A DNA stretch of 64,000 nucleotides from Eledone cirrhosa (Eukaryota): NCBI GenBank assembly GCA_964016885.1, contig OZ024742.1:82150001-82214000 (forward strand), given 5' to 3'. The position numbers and the translations under genes were made by a program. Of this stretch, positions 54,295 through 64,000 are shown one piece after another (position 1 is the stretch's first letter; every line of letters begins with the position of its first letter). Under the pieces are notes generated by a model, which saw nothing but the letters and a program-made list of their open reading frames with translations, had not been told where the DNA came from and did not search any database.

Positions 54295-57200
54295 GTATAC
54301 ATGTATATATTTATATATATACATATAAATATGAATGTATACATATATACATATATCTATATATCTCTCTATATATGTATATATATACATATACACATAT
54401 GCATATGTGTTCACCCCCCCCCCCCCCTCATATATACACTTATATGTATATATACATTTATATGTATATATATTGAGAGATATATGCATTTATATGTATA
54501 TATATTGAGAGATGGTTTTGTAAGTCCTTATGTGTATGGGTGTGCGCAACTAAAGTCAAAACCTGGTTTCTATGATAGGTCAGTAAGGAGACTTAGAAAC
54601 ACAAATAGGAAATAAAAACACATTTAGAGCTACATTACTGATTTGTTACACAGCAATATATCAACTGCCCATTTAAATATGAGGCATTAAGTACTATTTC
54701 TCAAAATGTATCTGATTGAAACCGCACGAAACGCACATGTTCATACACATTCACATGACATTTAAGAATAGAAAGAGGCACATGATCATGGAAATATAAA
54801 GACGCACACACATATACACATACACCCACACACACACACTTATATATATATATACACACACACACATATCCACATACATGCACACACACATATATATATG
54901 TATGAGAGATGTAAACTAAAATAACAAAGAGAACAGCACGGTAAATTTAAAAAATGTTAATGTAACGATCAATATAGTAGAAAAGCATCTAAACGTTTCT
55001 GACACTAATATTTCATTACAATATAAAATGAGTAATAATAGTTGAAATAGACAGATGGGAAGTGAGACGACGAAGGAACGGAAGGATTTTGAGAAAAAGC
55101 ACGTGTTTTCACAGTCACAATTTCCCTATGACAATTATATATTTAACCTCGGTACCATGTAATTTAGTGTTACTTCTGAGTGGTCAAAAATAACGAAACA
55201 TTAAGGTTTTATCTTCAATTAAAGTTATTGAAATAGTTCGAAATATCCGTATTACATGTTTATAGCCTTAAATATATTGTATATGCTTTCATATGAAACA
55301 CGCATGAATCAAGTTTAAATATTGTTGTATATAATACATTATACCAATAATGAGTCGAGCTAAAATATTTTAAAATAATCTTTCATCGGCAGAGAAGAGC
55401 CAGTTTTTCAGTCAAAATAATACTACCACCGCTACAAGTAACTCTAGATGTACAACAATAAGGCATATAACGGGACACAAGAACTGATGTATAATAACAA
55501 AGATTCTGGCAACAAAAGTAATCAAGATGGACTTTTTTTTTACGGCAACTGCCTGAAAGATGATAGAGACGGAACTTGATTTTGTCCAACAGACAGAAAT
55601 GAAACAAGGGTAATTCATCCCTGAAAGGCATCGATATGCTATGGCATTTTACATTGTTCCTCCACGGTGATCAAATGGTATCGACTTTTTTCAGTCGCGT
55701 TATTTGCTGGTTGTTTCTTTCATTAGAAACTCTAGACGTCGAAACAAAAGAACATGTCGTGCAGTGCTATTGGGGACAATGCCATTTCGAAACAATCACT
55801 GCAGACAGGAAATGTTGTCAGACTGATCTGCTCGATTAAACCGTTCTACACGCTATACGTCACTTCAGTTTTTGTACCTTGCACACCTGTGGGATTTCGT
55901 TGAACTGAGGCGTTTATGACGTTTTCGGTTATCACCCGATCTCTCCTGAAAATTTCCTCCAGATTTCCTTTGGCCGGGAATGACAGCAGTTTTCCTATTT
56001 CGTAGCTTTGGCGAAAAAAGTGCTTTTGTAATAGAAGAGATAGAAGGATTGAAGATATAAAAATTTTCTTTTGTCAAGCCCTTATCAACATTTTCAAGTT
56101 CGAATTGGGAGGGAAGCGAGGGTATAGAGGGAACAGATACACCCGAAATATTGTTAAATGGACTGAGAATGACCACAGTGGTTTGGCCTAAACTAATTGA
56201 TAGAAATGCATGTAGTAACGTTTACATGTATATTCGTTTTCATGTGTATGTAAAAACATACAAGTCTATGTGTTTGCGTGTGTGTTAGTCACGTGTAAGT
56301 GAATGAACAGTAAAAGGTATCAGATAACATAATACCTTTAGAACAATTATGTCTCATATAAATCGCATCAATCATGACAAAGTAGCTTAATATCGTTAAA
56401 AATAGGAGTGTACCTGTTGACTTTTAATTTAATATTTATCTAAACATAACATTATGCAGAAGGAAGAGAAAAGGTTCCAAAGTAACCACCTTACTCTCTA
56501 AATACTTAGATGCACTGAACTGGGCAATTCTGGTGAGATGGCCATCCCCTGCACCCTACTTATCTCTCAGCCTCATTTGCTTGCCAAATGAACTTAGGAA
56601 AAAGAAAAGAAAAAGTAGATGATGCAAAATAATAAGAGAATTAAAGCAAACACAACTATTAAACATCTAATAGTGGAAGCATTAAGAAATAAAAAAAAAC
56701 AACTAAAACCCATCTGTGATTAGAAAGTTGAAAAGTAGGTGTAATAATCAGATGAACCTAAATGAACCCATTATATTGTGAAGTACATACAGGGATATTC
56801 AGGAACATACACACACATATACATTTACACTCACCCACACATTCATACATTCACACACCCACACATACACACATACATACACACATACATACACACACAC
56901 ACACATACACACACACATATATGTGTGTGTTTCGTCGTGTGTTTATATATATAAAAATGTATATATATAAATGTATATAATATATATATATATATATGTG
57001 TGTGTGTGTATGTATATATATATATGTATATATATACATATATATATATATATACCTATACTATATCTATCTAACTATCTATCTATCTATCTATCTATAA
57101 ATCTCTCTCTATATATACGTATATATATAACTATACATACACGCATATATACACATGTGCACACACATACACACATGCTTATATATCTTCATATATACAT

Positions 57201-57879
57201 AAATGTATACGCATGCATATCCATCTATGTGTTCGCGTGTGAAGCCGCAAATTTTGCGTATGTAGTCGTGATTAGTACACAATTGAGTAACAGAGATATT
57301 TGTCAGATAATTAATTATATCTTAAGGATATAAGTGCCATTATACTGAACAATATTCTTGATGTGCCTTATCTGCTTGTCGGATTATAATGTTTACGTCA
57401 ATAAAATAGCACTGTGCGTATGTATTTTAATTTAACTTGCACAATCCCAGGGGAACGACAGTTCTGACTGTATAAACATAAACATCGCACAATATCATAA
57501 GCTAAAAACATATCCGCACGTGTACGCACACATTTACACGATACTACTTATATCTGTCAATCCATTTAATTGTATGCGTGTATATACACACATATACATA
57601 GATATTGTACATACACATACATACACACACACACACACACGTGTGTGTGTGTGTGCATGTGTGCGTGTGCGTGTGTATGTGTGCGTGCGCGTGTGTGCGT
57701 GTGTATACTAACAGAAGTACTCGGGATTTCCATCTTTAAAGGTAATAATAAAATTTCATTCAAATATTGTTTCCCGCCGTATGTTTGTAACTTCTAATAA
57801 ACTATTTATTTTATGTAACATATTTCAGTTGAAAATATGATTGCATACTTCATTTCTTTATTTCTTCGATAGCTTGTCT

Positions 57880-58420
57880 GTGTTCGGATTCTCATGTTAC
57901 TGATGAAATGCTGTGGTAAATTTGCACTTGTATCTTGAGAGTGGAATCCACCTCCATCGATGGTAATTGTACCAAATGATGTCATTTGGAATGCATTATT
58001 GTACTTTTGTATATTTTGAAGAAAATATATTGATTCAGTATTTGTACCAATCAGTAGTCCCCCTCAAGGTTTCTGCTGGTTTAGGTAACAATATGAACTT
58101 AACCTTTCCATTTAAACAGCACAATCTAGTTGATTCACCATTACATTTTTAGCACCACAAATGGACAAATTGTATTCGTTGAGGAAATTAGAATTACAGT
58201 TTATGTGTCATAGCCTTGATGTTGATTGAAGCTAAAACAAGCAATGTTGCTTCCCTAGTCCTCTCATCAGCATGCCTGTTCTACTGCTTCATTTCGCCGT
58301 CATTTTACTTTGTATTGGGAGTCTTTCATGACGCTGGTCCATATTTTCAATCTTTTTCTAGCAGCTTTGCCATAGCTTTATGATATTTTCTTCCAAATGA
58401 AAGTCTATTCTCCATGGTGA
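57880..58420 (-). mobile_element. Helitron RepHel N-terminal remnant (second Helitron)
   Basis: Minus translation GESTRLCCLNGKVK..PKPAET(L)..LLIGTNTESIYFLQNIQKYNNAFQMTSFG..GGGF..KIQVQIYH, the Helitron N-terminal signature. Confidence 0.85.
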
Positions 58421-59779
58421 TTATTTACTTGCAAATTTAAATGACACTATTATTTTCTGATAATATTGGATCCAAGTTGAGTCAAATTTCAATGAATGAG
58501 GACTCACTGCATTAACTTTCAGTTATCTTTCGGAAACAACAACCGATATCTAATGGAAATGAATATGCAAGAAAATATTACAGCTTTCACCTGTATTATG
58601 TTTAGTAGTGTTTCCATCAATCACATGAAGAAAACAAATATTTAATGAAAGGCTGACACACAAATATATACACACGGAGCTATATAAGAAACTGTGACGT
58701 ATATATATATATACTCACTCGGAAAATATATGAAGAGGTTGGTAAGAAACTTTCAGGAGAGCTGGACAACCGGAATTCTTCTGAGTATAACCCCCTTCAC
58801 ACAAGTATTTCCGGCCTTAACCTCTTACTCTCTCTATGGTCCGAGCCACATCCAGGTCAATTAAGTCGTATGGAGATTTTTTGACAGAATCTGGCTGGAA
58901 TTCCGCGTCGTTGCTTCTGCTTTCAAACTTATATCTAGAAGTTTCCTTGAGTTTGAAAAAATAATGTTGGTAGTCATTGTTACGGTGATACATCAGCAGT
59001 GTCGTCTCCACTGCTAAATACACACATAACTTACTCAGAGTTCGTCCCTTAGCGGGCGTAAAACCATAAAAAGAATCCCGTCAATCTGTATGAAGGTATT
59101 TTAGTTCACGAGCGAGATATGAAATATATGACATATATTCACACACGGAATATATTTACAATCGCATGTCAACTTGTGCTACATCCAATAGAGTAGAGAA
59201 CGGATTCTGATATTGAAGCAGAGGTGTTCGGTTGCTTTATGGGGATTGAACGCGTTTCGCTCATTTGTTTTAGTCGTGACTTATTTCATGTAGACGAGAG
59301 AGAATTTGGACGTTCAATACTGCCGCAGCCGTATATTTGTTGCTTTAATATCAGATGCTTGTCACTCACTTACTTCGCCCTATTTATATTTGATTATTTC
59401 TCTCTTTCTTCGTGCCTTCTTAACCAACTTTACTTGCTTGCTTCAATCTTTGGCTCTCAGCGCTCAGTTAGTTTCACATGTGCTTTCTCTGAAATTATCA
59501 CTTTTTCATTCTCTTTATTTTCCGTTATATGCAATGGCAAATATGACGATAACTCACGGTGACCGCAGGCAAACAAATATATATACATACTATAAATATT
59601 GTTAGCCTGTGGAAGGGGATTCAGTTGTGGGAACAAACTCCAAATTTGTTCTGTATGAGCAAGCGACATGATCATCGGACGTGTCTTGTTTCACAACGGG
59701 ACAACTTGTGAAACCAATTCTAGCTTGGTAAAATGGGCGTGGAATGGGGATGGTATTCATATTAATACATATATATATA

Positions 59780-60190
59780 TAAGATTTACCCCATGTTAAT
59801 TGGCCTAATATCAGTCCCTGATGTCAGAGGCCCAATATATAACGTAGGATTCTGCCAGAGCTAATGATGGTTGAACTTTAGACACTGCCTATAACGTCGG
59901 GAATCACAAGACCTTTGCTGAACGATGTTAGACGTTTTGAGACCGGGACTAGGGCCCAAACGACGATTGTCACAACTTCTGTCTCTACATGGTGACAAGC
60001 TCTAATAGCACTTGCAAGGTCTGCATACTTCCATTTCCTTTTCAGCAACATTGTGGTCATGATGGATCGCAATATTAAAAAATGTCTATTTTGGGCTGTT
60101 GTTTGTTTGTTTTACAACAATATCTGGGATTGGGTGAATTTAGACTTTAATTGATATCTTCATATCAAGCTTCCAAAATAATTCTCCACA
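59780..60190 (-). mobile_element. R4/Dong-like non-LTR element, restriction-like endonuclease C-terminus
   Basis: PDIVVK..NIAIHHDHNVAEKE/KYADLASAI..VVTIVVWAL..VSKRL..ILRYILGL, matching the RPDIV..D...K..KY..L...VGALG pattern. Confidence 0.75.
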
Positions 60191-60261
60191 TGTTAGGCAG
60201 GATTCAAGAAGAGTAGCAGCACCAGCAGCAACAAGTACAACAGCAACAAATACCACCGCAA

Positions 60262-60385
60262 CAATAATAATTGTTTCTACTTTTGGCACCAGGCCAGCAA
60301 ATTACCCAGTACATTACTGCTACTTTATTTTATCGACTCCGTAAGGATGAAAGGCAAAGTTAACCTCGGCGGAATTTGAACTCAG
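60262..60385 (-). mobile_element. tRNA-derived SINE, 5'-truncated (octopus-type, Deu/Nin-like central domain)
   Basis: ctgagttcaaattccgccgaggttaactttgcctttcatccttacggagtcgataaaataaagtagcag with a (TTA)n tail. Confidence 0.8.
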
Positions 60386-60395
60386 ATCACCGCAA

Positions 60396-60600
60396 CAATA
60401 ATGATAATGATTTCTACTATAGGCACAAGGGCATTATTTTGGTGAAGGGAAACATCGATTAAATCGATCCCAGTGAATTACTGTTACTTTATTTTATCGA
60501 CCTCGTAAGGATGAAAGGCAAAGTTAGCCTCGGCGGGTGTGAGGGCCATAACTCTATGTCGCGATTCAGGCTATCCAACGCGCTACTGATTTTACCAATC
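60396..60600 (-). mobile_element. second copy of the same SINE
   Basis: Same ttgcctttcatccttacgaggtcgataaaataaagtaacag core, with a degenerate A box near 60585-60597. Confidence 0.75.
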
Positions 60601-60808
60601 CAAATAATAATAAGAAGAATATGTATATATTAAAACTAGATTGTATAGTGAGAGATGCATTTTTTCAGAAGCTAGGTGAAGAACAAGTCCGTAAAAGCCA
60701 GTACAGAAATGAAGATTTGTTATTCAAATGAAGGCTATGAGTAATGTATGATACTTCACAAATGCTTTGCTTCAACATATGCCACCTGCATAACGAGGCA
60801 TAAAGCTG

Positions 60809-60893
<85 letters not shown>

Positions 60894-62382
60894 AAAAAAT
60901 TACTTCATAAGGTATATGTGGCACTTGTATTTATTCCGTTTGAAATTTCTCTCTCAAACATCTCTCAATGTTCAATATACAATTTTTATGCAGAACGGTT
61001 TACCATGTACCATATATAAATATTACTAAGTCTGATATATGATATATTATTTTAAATCAATTTGTATCTCAATTACTCATAAAAGAACATGTGTATATAA
61101 TACAATTTCTTTCAACCTTATTCTTTGATTAATCAGAAGTTCTAAAATTCTTCGATATACCAGAAAGTCTATAACGCTTTATAGTTCTACGTTATTGAGC
61201 GTTCTTCTGTAGTTTCATACTGATTGAAATATGCCATTAACAGTTATACACGAACTATTAATATCCATTCACGTTTGCCCCGGATATAAATATAGCAAAG
61301 GCTCCTTTTCAAGCGTAAAGCAGAAACAGTTAAAGGGTGTGTTAAATGGGATAAACATAAAATAAATGTCCTTTAATTGAGCCAGCAAACACAAATTGTA
61401 TACACGATGTTATTCAACATTAAAACCCATTAATGTACGTTTGGAACATCGACAAATACATTTTTCAGGAACTGCCGCTACCTTTCATATGTACGTTCAT
61501 TCAATTAATCGGAAGCAAAGGCCACTTTGATAAAACGATCAGTAACATGTACAAATAGAAAAGAAAAAATATTTAAAGCATAAAAGAAACCATTATTTCT
61601 GTTCTTAAAGTAAGTTCGCGAAAGTATCTTAATATTTATTCGGTGTTTGTTTTGGAGGGGGTCGCTTAAAAGACATGAAACTTTCATTGTACGATATCTT
61701 CTACTTTGAGATGCTAGTTTCGAAAGAATCAATATTCAGTAAAGTAAACGGAAATCTAATCATCGTATGTTATCGGAATATGTACATTATTGTAGACGTT
61801 TGTAGCTTTGTTGTATAAATCTCAGCGATTTGTACAAGATCAAAATCTTTCTCGATACCTAACGACAAATATTGCATTCACGTGCAATTTGTTTCTATAT
61901 AGAGCATGGCTTTTGCCATCAGGGACACATCATCTAAGTTAAGAAAGGTAAATCGATATGGACAACCTATATATTTATTGAAACCGATTATATATGTTTG
62001 TACCTTCTTTGGGAAAACAAATTGCTATAAAAGATCAGATAGCCTAAAATATATTTTGAAACGATGAAATAAAACAAGAGATATATATATTCAGCAGAGC
62101 AGGAGGTTACAAAGGACACAGAGAAAAGTCGTTTTTCGCTTTCTTTACATACTATTAATCTGGGTTATTATGTCTGAGGGACATTTAAAATTTGGTGTTG
62201 TCCTCCAAAAAAATATTTCGTTTTTGGTTATCTGAGTTTGAAAATTATTCAATTCAAAGCTGTTTTAATAGTTCTACCAAAATTTACATTTTACCAGCCA
62301 AATGTCTACTATTGATATATACAAAAGTTGGGAATGTGAAATATATATTGCTGTTATCGGTAAAAATTTGCACTTTACATAT

Positions 62383-62581
62383 ATACGGAAAGAGTGAACA
62401 CCCTACGGCTGAGATCCGGCCGTTTCGATAGCTAGATTCGATCAGTTCGGATCTAGCTGTCGAAACAGCCGGTGCCCAGCCGTCGGAGTTTGACTCTTTT
62501 ACTATTATCCACTCTACTACACTAAGTATCGAGTAATCTGGTGCGCTATGGTCCATCCGGTATCTGACCACACCTTCTTTG

Positions 62582-62584
<3 letters not shown>
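62383..62584 (+). mobile_element. ~200 bp hairpin element (family of 50486-50680)
   Basis: Palindrome 62389-62499 (acggctgag...gatagctagat.cga / tcggatctagctgtc...cagccgt) plus tail attatccactctactacactaagtatcgagtaatctggtgcg, ending at (TA)n. Confidence 0.78.
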
Positions 62585-62671
<87 letters not shown>

Positions 62672-62779
62672 GCGTATGTATGGGTGTGTGTGTGCGTGTG
62701 TGTGTATATATGTATGTGTGTGTGGCCATAGTCGATAACAAGGGGGTAGCCATCAATTGTGTGTGCGTGTGTGTAATTT

Positions 62780-63350
62780 CCGTTTTCTGTTTTGTTTCTT
62801 GACAAGGTAGTTTATATACAACCGTCATGGTTTCCCATTGTTGAATGAACGAATTTCGTATTGCTGCTCTCAATTTTATTTCTTGCCATGATGGAGCCTC
62901 GGTTGGAATTTCGGAAAACAGAATGACAAGATGCTTCTTGAAAACATCGAATCTTCAGGGATATCTCATAAATGTGTCTGCTAAATGTTAACGCGATACG
63001 GGTTTAAATAAACTACTAGATTCCTATTCCAAATGGGTAGCCCAGGATAACTGGCATTATGGAGTGGCGAACTCTACCAATGTTGATGTAGTTCGCAATG
63101 TAACAACTTGTTTTTAATATTTCCATTACATTCCATGTACATCCCAGTTTATTTTAAACGTTTCTCGATCATATGGCAACGTTATATCGCTTCTAGATCG
63201 TAAGTTTATTTAAAAGGTGACATGGACCATCATAAAGCACCCCATCATTCTTATCTACATTGATTCCAGTTTCATGGCATGCGAATATAACGAGGGATCG
63301 TTGCTTATATCAATTAAGGCTTAACACATTTAATCTACTTTTGGTATGGA
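62780..63350 (-). mobile_element. CR1/L2-group LINE 3' remnant
   Basis: Minus DVFKKHLVILFSEIPTEAPSWQEIKLRAAIRNSFIQQ resembles the FK..LD..L..IPDEP....RAA.SNS C-terminus of invertebrate CR1-type elements. Confidence 0.55.
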
Positions 63351-64000
63351 AAACCTTAGTAGTTATTGAAGAAGTAGTGTTAGCAGACTGATTTCTGTGA
63401 AAACTAGTCGGTATTAAATAATGTGCTGATTTATTAGGGATATTTGTATATTTCATTTACATCTTGTGGACGTAGAGAAAAATCAAGTTCATTTTTTGAT
63501 TTGCGTTGATACTTTTTACCGTCAGAATAATAAGTAGGAATCCCAGTCTGTTTAACTGAGATCATATCTGCAAAGGCAACTAGCAACAGCCTGGTTTCTC
63601 TATCTTTAAATGTTATGTTGCCAATATCCTAATTTATGAGTATGTAAATGAAGATAATCAGCCGAAGTATACTTTAGAAAATACTATATATTTTCAACAT
63701 TTCAAAGGAGTGGCAGAGGTGTAAACAGTCTTGACAAAGGGAAATAAGCCAGAAAAAAGTTTACTGCTAGGACCTCAATTTCATAAACTGCACAAATAGT
63801 CGAAGAATTTGAACATCGCAAGTTATTGAAGTGGTCTGACTTATCTGTTTTTCAATTCACAGACTGTTTTAGCTGTAGGGATTTAAATATCTTAAATATC
63901 TCTTTTCATTGAGATGTTATGTATATTCGTGACAAATTTTAATTATGTATAATTAATATAACTGCTCCTAATTAAAATTGAACTAACACGACCAGTTTGA

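Noticed and set aside
56480-56620. Possible minus-strand exon (polypyrimidine-AG ... GTAAG)
   Set aside because: All three frames contain stops, so it is unsupported as coding.
58725-59090. Mariner/Tc1 remnant (also suspected at ~20500-21000, ~55560-55700 and ~61330-61750)
   Set aside because: Only vague TIR-like or motif-like resemblance; no DDD/E motif or paired TIRs could be read with confidence.

Overview
Eukaryotic, AT-rich, microsatellite-saturated genomic DNA. It is most likely a cephalopod/octopus, inferred from the SINE at ~60.3 kb and the repeat landscape. No host protein-coding gene can be supported; most ORF-track entries are (TA)n/(CA)n translation artefacts. The window holds many nested transposable elements: about 10 Penelope-like element (PLE) copies or fragments (RT + GIY-YIG, including Naiad-type), most arranged as fold-back inverted duplications inserted into (TA)n tracts; two Helitron remnants; three RTE-type LINE remnants; R4/Dong-like and CR1-like 3' remnants; tRNA-derived SINEs; and two complex tandem arrays (998 bp and ~1.26/3.3 kb). 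Four signals stand out. (1) Three unrelated non-coding 310-470 bp units each carry a type I hammerhead ribozyme motif, are terminally redundant or tandem, and share the PLE-like fold-back 5' end, consistent with retrozyme/circular-RNA-like passengers of PLEs. (2) One PLE has an upstream helical/Asn-His-Tyr-rich ORF1 joined to the RT ORF through an in-phase U-UUU-UUA slippery site. (3) A family of (TA)n-anchored branched hairpins also forms the 5' end of a Helitron. (4) Palindromes are nested inside palindromes over multi-kb scales. All identities and alignments were judged by eye.
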